Of a stretch of DNA of 64,000 nucleotides, positions 54,120 to 62,596 are shown one piece after another; within the stretch, counting starts at the first letter, position 1; the number at the start of each line of letters is the position of its first letter. Under the pieces are notes generated by a model. It ran no database searches. It was given only the letters and a program-made list of their open reading frames with translations, and was not told where the DNA came from. The position numbers and the translations under genes were made by a program. The stretch covers positions 3,092 to 67,091 of the forward strand of contig JAZSQB010000016.1 in assembly GCA_045537695.1 (NCBI GenBank), in the 5' to 3' direction. The stretch comes from Clostridia bacterium. Lineage in GTDB: Bacteria; Bacillota; Clostridia; UBA1381; UMGS1253.

Positions 54120-55365
54120 AACGTCCCAAATACGAAAAGTGCATATAGTCATTGTTACTCTTCCACGAATTGCCACCCCAGGAAAAACCGTATTTTTCAA
54201 AGGTTTTTACAACTATGCTGTCCTCCGGAATGGAATGCGGATCTTCGTACGGCTTCCAGTAAGAGCCTGCGCCGATGGTGCCATCCGGATAAATCTGATA
54301 GTTTTCATTTGCATTGATATCCAGCGCTATACCTGAATTATGCTCCGAGATATTTAGATTGCTGCGCCAGTTGTAGCCACCGATTTCATAAATCGGAAAC
54401 CGTGTTGGGTCGTTATAGATTTCCGTAAAAATTTTAACAATATCTTCTGCTAAAGCCTTGTGAATCCAGAAAAACTGCTCAGATGCCGTTTTAACACCAG
54501 TTGTTTTGTTTAAACGCCATACCGGCACGCAAACCTCGACCATATTGACTTTTGCAGCCGCTTCATTTTCATATTTGTTTGTTTCTGCCGTACCGAAAAT
54601 ACGGATGCGCTTATCCGCATTATCCCCCTTATAGTACCATGTTGCCTTTGCCGTTGGTGACTGCTCCGGGGCCGACGGCGCTTCCACAACCTTCAATCCT
54701 GCCGCACGCGTAAGCATAACGCAAACCTCTGCACGTGTCAACGTGCGGTCCGGGCGAAAATAACCGTCGGTATAACCGCTGGTGATACCGCGCGCATATG
54801 CTTGCAGCACACTGTCACGGTAAGCTTCGTCAATCGAGTAAATATCCTTTACCTGATTTAGATAAACCCTTGTATCCAATGGCTTTGTATGACAAACATA
54901 AGTCATCACGCGGTCAAACAAAACACAAACGGTTTTTCTGTCAATCGTAGCACCCAATGTATTGGCATCCACTTTCAGAAAATCATCCGCCCATACAATT
55001 CCCTGCGTTACCGCAGCATTGTAAGCATTACTCGCCCAATGCTTTCCGTCGGCGCTATACGATAAAACGCCCGGATAAAACGTACGTGCAATCAATGTGA
55101 GAAATTCTCCCTGCGTCAGCATACCCGCTGGCACGAAGGCTCCATCAATATAACCGCTAATCAGCCCGTTTGACACCATCGCCTGTACATACGGATAATG
55201 CCAATCCATTATCTGCACATCCGAAAAACCGGTGTTTGCCAATGCGCTGACCGGCAAAAGCGCACATATTAAAAATATAGCTAAAAATTTCTTCAACGTG
55301 TCCACATCCTTATACGCATTACGCACAATGTAATGAGTATACCATAATTCGACACGTTTTTCCAT
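54118..55365 (-). CDS. SLH-domain M15-family cell-wall peptidase (VanY/D-Ala-D-Ala carboxypeptidase-like)
   Basis: SLH repeats (FSDVQIMDWHYPYVQAMVSNGLISG ...) and a C-terminal M15 motif SEHNSGIALDIN ... YGFSWGG ... DYMHFSY. The real start is probably internal, just before the signal peptide LKKFLAIFLICALLPVSALA. Confidence 0.75.
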   Translation of the reverse strand: MEKRVELWYTHYIVRNAYKDVDTLKKFLAIFLICALLPVSALANTGFSDVQIMDWHYPYVQAMVSNGLISGYIDGAFVPAGMLTQGEFLTLIARTFYPGVLSYSADGKHWASNAYNAAVTQGIVWADDFLKVDANTLGATIDRKTVCVLFDRVMTYVCHTKPLDTRVYLNQVKDIYSIDEAYRDSVLQAYARGITSGYTDGYFRPDRTLTRAEVCVMLTRAAGLKVVEAPSAPEQSPTAKATWYYKGDNADKRIRIFGTAETNKYENEAAAKVNMVEVCVPVWRLNKTTGVKTASEQFFWIHKALAEDIVKIFTEIYNDPTRFPIYEIGGYNWRSNLNISEHNSGIALDINANENYQIYPDGTIGAGSYWKPYEDPHSIPEDSIVVKTFEKYGFSWGGNSWKSNNDYMHFSYLGR

Positions 55366-55438
55366 CGTAAATTTTTGGAAATAAAAAAAAGCAAGGGTAC
55401 GGGCATCCGTATCCTTGCTTTTTCCGATTTACATTCCC

Positions 55439-55648
55439 TTAGTCGGCATGGAACATCTTATCTTTAAACAGAAGTGTAATGCACCAAAGCGCGCCAATGC
55501 CCACCAGCGTAAAGATAATGCGCGTAAACATCGCATCCGGTCCACCAAAGATTGCCGACACAAAGTCGAACTGAAAAAGACCGATAGAGCCCCAGTTGAG
55601 TCCGCCGACAATCACCAAAAGTAAAGCGATCGTATCTAAAATTGCCAT
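55439..55648 (-). CDS. DUF378 family small membrane protein
   Basis: MAILDTIALLLVIVGGLNWGSIGLFQFDFVSAIFGG... matches the DUF378 pattern. A GGAGG RBS lies 8 nt before the ATG at 55646-55648. The longer ORF-track start lacks an RBS. Confidence 0.75.
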   Translation of the reverse strand: MAILDTIALLLVIVGGLNWGSIGLFQFDFVSAIFGGPDAMFTRIIFTLVGIGALWCITLLFKDKMFHAD

Positions 55649-55776
55649 ATCAAAAACCTCCATATTATAAATTTTTGGGCTGACCTTACTATATGCAAAA
55701 GCCGCAAAATATATGCATGGAATTTTTGGAAATGTAATTTTTGTCGAAAAATGCAAACCGATTTTTAAAAATATAT

Positions 55777-55955
55777 TTGCAGTATGTCGATTTCTGTGCT
55801 ATACTGTACTTGTCACTCAACTGAATACGTCCAAAATTCGGCTGCGTTTTGGTAAAAACGCAGGCCTGGTTTTCATATGCCGTTTTTTGGACATGTGTTG
55901 AGTGACATCAGACCTCGCCGCGTTTTTCTGCGCGGCTTCGGTCGCGCATTTTTTT
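55777..55955 (+). promoter_or_regulatory. Promoter plus a structured leader of about 140 nt with mutually exclusive terminator and antiterminator helices (unclassified riboswitch-like element)
   Basis: The promoter is TTGCAG (55777-55782), a 17-nt spacer, then TGcTATACT. A long three-tier hairpin follows (P1 GTCACTCAAC 55812-55821 / GTTGAGTGAC 55897-55906). Then GCCGCG...CGCGGC competes with the terminator GCGCG-gcttcggt-CGCGC followed by A and T7 (55930-55955). Confidence 0.5.
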
Positions 55956-55978
55956 ATTTCATTAAAGGAGATGTCACC

Positions 55979-56122
55979 ATGGAAAAACAGTATTTTGAAG
56001 TATTCAACAAAATCACAGATATTATCGAAGACTTAAAGAAATTGCAAACGGAAATGGAAGAAATGTACATTTCCTCCAAGCAAAAAGAAACCGCACAGTA
56101 CGGACACTGTGCGGTTTTATGA
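55979..56122 (+). CDS. Hypothetical 47-aa protein
   Basis: An AAAGGAG RBS lies 8 nt upstream. It reads MEKQYFEVFNKITDIIEDLKKLQTEMEEMYISSKQKETAQYGHCAVL, a predicted single amphipathic helix. The 3' end overlaps the terminator hairpin. Coding status is unproven. Confidence 0.35.
   Translation: MEKQYFEVFNKITDIIEDLKKLQTEMEEMYISSKQKETAQYGHCAVL
56088..56118. terminator. Bidirectional terminator shared by the small ORF and the SPFH gene
   Basis: AAACCGCACAGTacggacACTGTGCGGTTTT. Confidence 0.7.
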
Positions 56123-56124
56123 TT

Positions 56125-57054
56125 TTATTTATCCTTTTTCAAAACTGTGCCAATAGAGGCGGAAAGTCCGGCAATGCCCTGCAGATCGGACGGAATAATC
56201 AGCTTGGTTGCCTGTCCGTCTGCCACCTTTTCCATCGTTTCCAACGAACGGATGGCAAGCACGCCCTCACCCGGCTGCGCTTCGTTAATCAAGCGAATAC
56301 CCTCTGCCGTTGCCGTCTGAATTTTCAAAATGGCTTCCGCTTCACCTTCCGCACGGCGGATTTGCGCTTCTTTTTCAGCCTCCGCTTCTAAAATCGCGGC
56401 GGTTTTTCTTGCTTCTGCGGACAGAATCATGGATTCCTTCTCACCTTCAGCCACCAGAATGGTCGAGCGCTTCTCACCCTCTGCCTTCAAAATACTTTCA
56501 CGACGTTCACGCTCTGCCTTCATCTGCTTTTCCATGGCATCCTGAATCGCCTTCGGCGGCATAATGTTTTTCAGCTCCACGCGGTTAATCTTAATGCCCC
56601 ACGGGTCAGTTGCATCATCCAAAATCGCGCGCATCTTGGTATTGATGGTGTCTCGCGAGGTCAGTGTCTGGTCAAGCTCCAAATCACCAATAATGTTTCG
56701 AAGCGTCGTTGCCGTCAAATTCTCAATCGCAGACATTGGATGGTCTACGCCGTACGCATACATTTTCGGATCGGTAATCTGGAAATACACAACGGTGTCA
56801 ATCTGCATCGTTACGTTATCCTTGGTAATTACCGGCTGCGGCGGGAAATCCACCACTTGCTCTTTTAAATTCACATTTTTGGCAATGCGTTCAATAAACG
56901 GCACCTTGATATGCAAGCCCACATTCCAGGTCGCCTTATACGCACCAAGGCGCTCTACAACGAACGCATGTGCCTGCGGCACAATTTTGATATTTGCCAC
57001 AACCACAATCAAAATAAACAAAAACAATGTAAAGACAAAACCTATACCTTCCAT
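56125..57054 (-). CDS. SPFH/Band-7 (stomatin/QmcA-like) membrane protein
   Basis: An N-terminal TM segment, then an SPFH core (IVPQAHAFVVERLGAYKATW...), then a Glu/Ala-rich coiled coil. Confidence 0.85.
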   Translation of the reverse strand: MEGIGFVFTLFLFILIVVVANIKIVPQAHAFVVERLGAYKATWNVGLHIKVPFIERIAKNVNLKEQVVDFPPQPVITKDNVTMQIDTVVYFQITDPKMYAYGVDHPMSAIENLTATTLRNIIGDLELDQTLTSRDTINTKMRAILDDATDPWGIKINRVELKNIMPPKAIQDAMEKQMKAERERRESILKAEGEKRSTILVAEGEKESMILSAEARKTAAILEAEAEKEAQIRRAEGEAEAILKIQTATAEGIRLINEAQPGEGVLAIRSLETMEKVADGQATKLIIPSDLQGIAGLSASIGTVLKKDK

Positions 57055-57071
57055 AACAATACCTCCTTAAT

Positions 57072-57497
57072 TCACTTTTTCAGCTCTACACGAGCAGTTA
57101 CGCCCCTGATTTCACGAATAGTAACCACACTGCCCTCTGCAATCGTTTCTGCACCAATTGCCCGCGCCTTCCACTCAAACCCATAGATAGACACACGACC
57201 GCTATTTTTTAAATTGTCTATCGGCTCAATGACAATGGCATCCTGTCCGATAAATCGGTCCGCATTTGTTTTTTCCTCTTTGACCTTTAAAACCTTTTTC
57301 ACCAGACCTCTGGTAGAAAACAACAAAACAGCAGAAGCGATGATAAAGACAATCATCTGCACCGCAGCGCTTTCCACAAAAAAGGAAACCACCATAGAAA
57401 CCACCGCTGCCGCACCAAACCAGATACATACCAATCCAGGTACCCCAGCTTCAATCACAAATAAAACAATCGCGGCTACCAACCAAAATAACTGCAT
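57072..57497 (-). CDS. NfeD family membrane protein
   Basis: Three TM segments plus a C-terminal OB-fold region (GRVSIYGFEWKA...). It sits upstream of its usual SPFH partner. Confidence 0.8.
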   Translation of the reverse strand: MQLFWLVAAIVLFVIEAGVPGLVCIWFGAAAVVSMVVSFFVESAAVQMIVFIIASAVLLFSTRGLVKKVLKVKEEKTNADRFIGQDAIVIEPIDNLKNSGRVSIYGFEWKARAIGAETIAEGSVVTIREIRGVTARVELKK

Positions 57498-57885
57498 ATT
57501 TCATCCCCCTTTCCATTTATAGTATACCACTTTTCAATGTTTAATGCAAGCTATTCCGCACAGACACCTACGAACGTTATCTTTGCCAACATATCCATAC
57601 GCACAATGTTATAGAACAAATACAGAAATGAGCCCTTCGGTCCGTCAATGATAGGAAAAGCTCCACTACCGTAGCCGGCAAGCCCTTTTTTGTTCGAAAA
57701 TATCCGGCACACCCAACGGGCAGAATGCCCCTGTTTTACCTTGCATCCTCAAAATGCATCAAGCCAATATGGCGAAAATCCAAATCCAAATGCGGCGGCG
57801 CACCGATGTCGTTGTAGCTTTTCTGCAAATAACAGTGGAAAAACATTGCTTAGAGCGAATAAAGTCTTGCAAAACACATAAAAAT

Positions 57886-57939
57886 ATTGTACAATGATAT
57901 TGATGATTTTTAATTGTACAATGATATTGATGATTTTTA
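57886..57939 (+). repeat. Perfect 27-bp tandem duplication carrying an extended -10 box, immediately upstream of the pgi RBS
   Basis: ATTGTACAATGATATTGATGATTTTTA occurs twice (57886-57912 and 57913-57939). Each copy contains TGTACAAT. Confidence 0.9.
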
Positions 57940-57955
57940 AAGGAGGCAATCGTTT

Positions 57956-59308
57956 ATGCGCGCAATTTCTTTGGACTATCAAAAGGCGAAAAATTTCTTT
58001 TCGCAGGACGAAATTAATCACATGGCAGGCATGGTAAACTCCTGTCACGATATGCTACACGCAAAAAGCGGCGCCGGCAATGATTTTCTCGGCTGGTTAG
58101 ACCTGCCGAAAAATTATGACAAGGCAGAATTTGAGCGAATCAAAAAAGCAGCCGAAAAAATCAAGCGTGATTCCGAGGTACTCATCGTTGTGGGGATCGG
58201 CGGTTCCTATCTCGGTGCAAGAGCCGTAATCGAGGCACTGCGTCACAGCTTTTACAACAGTGTTTCCCAGTCCATAAGAAAGGCACCGGAAATTTATTTT
58301 GCCGGCAACTCCATTTCTTCAACCTATCTGCTGGATTTAATTGATGTCATCGGTAACCGCGATTTCTCCATTAACATCATCTCTAAATCCGGTACAACGA
58401 CCGAACCGGCAGTTGCTTTCCGCGTACTCAAGGCGCTTTGCGAAAACAAGTACGGCAAAGAAGGCGCGAAGGCAAGAATATACGCCACAACCGACAAGGC
58501 GCGCGGTGCGCTCAAAAACCTCTGTGATGAAGAAGGCTATGAAACCTTCGTTATTCCGGACGACGTCGGCGGCAGATTCTCCGTGCTGACTGCGGTTGGT
58601 CTTTTACCGATTGCCGTTTCCGGCGCAGATATTGACGCTTTAATGGCGGGCGCCAAAGCCGGTATGGACGAATACGCATGCCAGGATTTAGATAAAAATG
58701 ACTGCTATCAGTATGCAGCCATCCGCAATCTGCTCTACAACAAGGGTAAGCACGTGGAAATGCTCGTAAACTACGAGCCGTGCCTGCACTTTATGAGCGA
58801 GTGGTTTAAGCAGCTTTACGGTGAAAGCGAAGGTAAGGACCAAAAGGGTATTTTCCCTGCAGCAGCCGATTTTTCAACAGACCTGCACTCGATGGGTCAG
58901 TATGTACAAGACGGTAGACGCATTCTGTTTGAAACCGTAATGAATGTACAGAAGCCGCGCCGTGACTTTGCATTAAAAGCAGATGACAAAAACGTGGACG
59001 GCTTAAACTTCCTGGCAGGCAAGACTATGGACTTTGTAAACCAAAAGGCATTTGAAGGTACTGTTCTTGCACATACCGACGGCGGTGTGCCGACAATAAT
59101 TATCAACATTGAAGCACTCACAGAATTTAATTTAGGTAAGCTCATTTACTTCTTCGAAAAGGCTTGTGCTATTTCCGGTTATCTCTTAGGCGTAAATCCG
59201 TTTAACCAGCCGGGCGTGGAAGCGTACAAGAAGAATATGTTCGCTCTACTCGGCAAACCGGGTTTTGAAGCACAGAAAGAGGCACTTGAAGAGCGTCTCG
59301 CTGACTGA
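57956..59308 (+). CDS. pgi: Glucose-6-phosphate isomerase
   Basis: 450 aa with [23 protein letters not shown] and GESEGK motifs. It ends with a TGA stop. Confidence 0.95.
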   Translation: MRAISLDYQKAKNFFSQDEINHMAGMVNSCHDMLHAKSGAGNDFLGWLDLPKNYDKAEFERIKKAAEKIKRDSEVLIVVGIGGSYLGARAVIEALRHSFYNSVSQSIRKAPEIYFAGNSISSTYLLDLIDVIGNRDFSINIISKSGTTTEPAVAFRVLKALCENKYGKEGAKARIYATTDKARGALKNLCDEEGYETFVIPDDVGGRFSVLTAVGLLPIAVSGADIDALMAGAKAGMDEYACQDLDKNDCYQYAAIRNLLYNKGKHVEMLVNYEPCLHFMSEWFKQLYGESEGKDQKGIFPAAADFSTDLHSMGQYVQDGRRILFETVMNVQKPRRDFALKADDKNVDGLNFLAGKTMDFVNQKAFEGTVLAHTDGGVPTIIINIEALTEFNLGKLIYFFEKACAISGYLLGVNPFNQPGVEAYKKNMFALLGKPGFEAQKEALEERLAD

Positions 59309-59430
59309 TTTTTCTAAAAAATGGAAGTATCCGCCAAAAGTTTTTATTTTTGAAAAGATTTACTTGCACTTTTCACCAAAATATAGTATGCTATAGGTAA
59401 GTCAAAAATAAATCAAGGAGGCTTGATACT

Positions 59431-59841
59431 ATGATAAAAGTTTTAATTGGCAAAAAGGGTACCGGTAAGACAAAAACATTGATTGCCAGTGTGACGGGTG
59501 CAGCAGCAAACGCGCAGGGAGATTTGGTGTTTATCAGCTCGGATACGAAGCGCCATATGTACGATATCCCGCACAAGGTTAGAATGGTGGACACATCTGC
59601 TTTCGTATTGAAAGTATATGACGAATTTTACGGATTTATATGCGGTCTTATTTCCAATAACTTTGACATTTCTAATATGTACATCGACAGTATGTATAAA
59701 ATTGTTGAAGATCAGGAAGCCGGCCTTGAAAAGTTTTTTGAGGATATAGCAGCGCTGTCTGAAAAGTACAACATTGACTTTATGTTTACAATGAGTATGG
59801 ATGAAGCAGACGCACCTGAATTCTTAAAAAAATACTTATAA
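59431..59841 (+). CDS. Hypothetical small P-loop protein
   Basis: 136 aa with N-terminal MIKVLIGKKGTGKTKTLI (Walker-A-like GxxGxGKT) and a GGAGG RBS. I could not recognise a Walker B motif or a family. Confidence 0.4.
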   Translation: MIKVLIGKKGTGKTKTLIASVTGAAANAQGDLVFISSDTKRHMYDIPHKVRMVDTSAFVLKVYDEFYGFICGLISNNFDISNMYIDSMYKIVEDQEAGLEKFFEDIAALSEKYNIDFMFTMSMDEADAPEFLKKYL

Positions 59842-59914
59842 TTAAACTCAAAAACATCATAAACGAGAGCGCTAGTCGCTCTCGTTTACTATCGGATATA
59901 AGGAGTATAGTTTT

Positions 59915-61417
59915 ATGCAGTATCAAAGCACAAGAGATAAATCCATCAACGTTTCTGCCGCCGAAGCAATCAAAACCGGTCTTTCCAAAGAGGGCGGTTT
60001 GTTTGTGCCAAAGGAATTTCCGCAGATTCCGGTTTCGCAGCTGCGTGCGTTCCCAAAAATGAGCTACAACGAACGTGCCATTGCGGTACTGTCGAATTTT
60101 TTAACAGATTTTTCCGATGAAGAAATTGCGCAGTGCGTTAATGCAGCCTATACCAAAGAAAAATTCGAAACCGACACCATTGCACCGGTTTACAAATTAA
60201 ACGATACACACTACTTTTTGGAGCTTTGGCACGGTCCGACCTGTGCGTTTAAGGATATGGCACTGCAAATCCTGCCGCACCTTTTGACCAAGTCCATTGC
60301 CAAATGTGGGACAAAAGAAGAATGTGTCATTCTCGTTGCAACCTCCGGCGATACCGGCAAGGCAGCATTGGAAGGCTTTAAGGATGTGCGTGGCACACGC
60401 ATTTTTGTATTCTATCCGGATAAGGGCGTCAGCGAAATTCAGAAGCTGCAAATGATTACACAGGAGGGCAACAATGTCGGCGTTGCAGCTGTGGAAGGTA
60501 ATTTTGACGATGCACAAACCGGCGTAAAAGTCATCTTTACGGACGAAGACTACAAAGCCATCTTAAAAGCAAACGGCTTTGCCCTCTCCAGTGCAAACTC
60601 CATTAACTGGGGTCGTCTTGTGCCGCAGATTGTATACTATTTCTCCGCATATGCAGATTTAGTAAAAAACAAAGAAATCGAGTTTGGCGACAAAATCAAC
60701 TTTGCAGTACCGACCGGTAATTTTGGTAACATCTTAGCCGGCTACTATGCAATGAAGATGGGTCTGCCGGTAAACAAATTCATTTGCGCATCCAATGAAA
60801 ACAACGTATTGACCGAGTTTATCAACACCGGTGTATATGACAGAAACCGCAAATTCCACACAACGATTTCTCCGTCGATGGACATTTTGGTGTCCAGTAA
60901 CTTAGAGCGTTTGCTCTTTGATATCACCGGCACAGATGACCAAAAGGTTGCAGGCTATATGGCAGCTTTGATGCGCGACGGTAAGTACGAAGTTTCTGCC
61001 GCTGACAAAGAAAAAATTCAGTCCCTGTTTTATGCAGCTTCCTGCGATGATGAAGAAACCAAGAAGACCATTGCCAAAGTAAATACAGAATATGCTTATG
61101 TTATGGATACTCATACCGCTGTAGCGAAAAATGTATGTGACCAATATATGCAGGAAACCGGCGATATGACAAAAACGGTCATTGCTTCGACAGCGAGTCC
61201 GTTTAAGTTCAACCAAAGCGTTTTAATCGCATTGAAAGGACTTACAAGCGTTGCGGGCAAGGATGAGTTTGCACTGTTAGATGCACTCTCCGAAGCAAGT
61301 GATATGCCGATTCCTGCATCGCTGTCCGCGCTCAAGTCCAAGCCGAAGCTATTTAATCTCAAATGCGAGAAAACCCAGCTCAAGCAGGTTGTCAGCGAGT
61401 TTTTACAGGTAGAATAA
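59915..61417 (+). CDS. thrC: Threonine synthase (long form)
   Basis: MQYQSTR start, the PLP-lysine context GPTCAFKDMALQ, and a 500-aa length. Confidence 0.9.
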   Translation: MQYQSTRDKSINVSAAEAIKTGLSKEGGLFVPKEFPQIPVSQLRAFPKMSYNERAIAVLSNFLTDFSDEEIAQCVNAAYTKEKFETDTIAPVYKLNDTHYFLELWHGPTCAFKDMALQILPHLLTKSIAKCGTKEECVILVATSGDTGKAALEGFKDVRGTRIFVFYPDKGVSEIQKLQMITQEGNNVGVAAVEGNFDDAQTGVKVIFTDEDYKAILKANGFALSSANSINWGRLVPQIVYYFSAYADLVKNKEIEFGDKINFAVPTGNFGNILAGYYAMKMGLPVNKFICASNENNVLTEFINTGVYDRNRKFHTTISPSMDILVSSNLERLLFDITGTDDQKVAGYMAALMRDGKYEVSAADKEKIQSLFYAASCDDEETKKTIAKVNTEYAYVMDTHTAVAKNVCDQYMQETGDMTKTVIASTASPFKFNQSVLIALKGLTSVAGKDEFALLDALSEASDMPIPASLSALKSKPKLFNLKCEKTQLKQVVSEFLQVE

Positions 61418-61454
61418 TAAATATAAGCCAAAAGCGGAAAACGCATTGTGAAGC

Positions 61455-61500
61455 GACCCCCAAAAGTCAGACCAAAAATCTAACTTTTGGGGGTCTCTTT
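61455..61500. terminator. Terminator between convergent thrC and trxA
   Basis: The 13-bp arms GACCCCCAAAAGT and ACTTTTGGGGGTC form the hairpin. Confidence 0.65.
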
Positions 61501-61540
61501 AATACTTACCAGTATTTTCTTAATCCCTATCCCTTCAAAA

Positions 61541-61861
61541 TTATGCACAAAGCGCATGCAACATTTCCTCTAATTCTGCTGCAGAGCTAAGTCCTGAAAA
61601 AAGCTTAACCAAGGCACCGTCCTTAAAAAACACAAAGGTTGGCACCGTTGTAATTTTAAATTCTTCTGCAAGCGCCATACATTCGTCTACATCAATTTTG
61701 CCGACAATTGCCTCACCCTCAAAAATCTGCGCAATCTCATCCACAATCGGGCTCATCATTTTACACGGACCGCACCATGTTGCAAAAAAATCCGCCAATA
61801 CCGGCTTGCCGGATGCCACTGCCGCCTGAAAGCTTTCTTTATCAAAATGTACTGTTGCCAT
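61541..61861 (-). CDS. trxA: Thioredoxin
   Basis: WCGPCK active site; 106 aa. Confidence 0.95.
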   Translation of the reverse strand: MATVHFDKESFQAAVASGKPVLADFFATWCGPCKMMSPIVDEIAQIFEGEAIVGKIDVDECMALAEEFKITTVPTFVFFKDGALVKLFSGLSSAAELEEMLHALCA

Positions 61862-61962
61862 ATTTTTACCTCCTGCATGTATTTCCCACGTTTACTTTAT
61901 ATTGTTTCGCTGTATATTGTCAATAGTCTGCACAAAACCTTCAAAAATCATGCGCAGCTATT

Positions 61963-62586
61963 TTACAAATCCAGATAATCCTGCTCTGTTGCGCCACAAA
62001 CAGCGCGCCCGTTTGACGCTTCGCACATCGCCTTTAAAAAGGCATCTGTTTCATCTGTTTTGGTATACACATACATCTGCGCCTTATCTGTATAGGCAAT
62101 CTCCTTAATCGTGTGTCCACGCTGTTCCGCTTCATAGCGCAATTTGCCCAACAGCGTATAATCACACGAAACCTCCACCACATCACAAAGCACACGTGTA
62201 ATGATGCCACCGGCATCCACCCCAAGCTTTGCGCTCGCACCGTACGCGCGGACAAGTCCGCCGCCGCCAAGCAAAATACCACCGAAATAACGCGTTACCA
62301 CAACGCAAAGATTCGTCAGATTTTCCTTGCGCAGCACATCCAGCACCGGAATACCCGCTGTGCCGGACGGCTCGCCGTCATCACTGTAACGGCAGATGTT
62401 ATTTTCATCAATAATATACGCGTACACATTGTGCGTTGCGTCATAATACTCGCTGCGCAGCGCATTGATAAAGGCAAGTGCCTCCTGCTCTGTCTGCACA
62501 GGCAAAACGTGTGCTATAAAACGGGAGCGTCTTTCAATCATTTCCGCACTTGCGCGTGCACGAATGGTTCTGTACTCAGTTTTCAT
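61963..62586 (-). CDS. yigZ: YigZ/IMPACT family protein (UPF0029)
   Basis: SRFIAHV, DDGEPSGTAG and VVVTRYFGG motifs. Confidence 0.8.
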   Translation of the reverse strand: MKTEYRTIRARASAEMIERRSRFIAHVLPVQTEQEALAFINALRSEYYDATHNVYAYIIDENNICRYSDDGEPSGTAGIPVLDVLRKENLTNLCVVVTRYFGGILLGGGGLVRAYGASAKLGVDAGGIITRVLCDVVEVSCDYTLLGKLRYEAEQRGHTIKEIAYTDKAQMYVYTKTDETDAFLKAMCEASNGRAVCGATEQDYLDL

Positions 62587-62596
62587 TCGCCTACTC

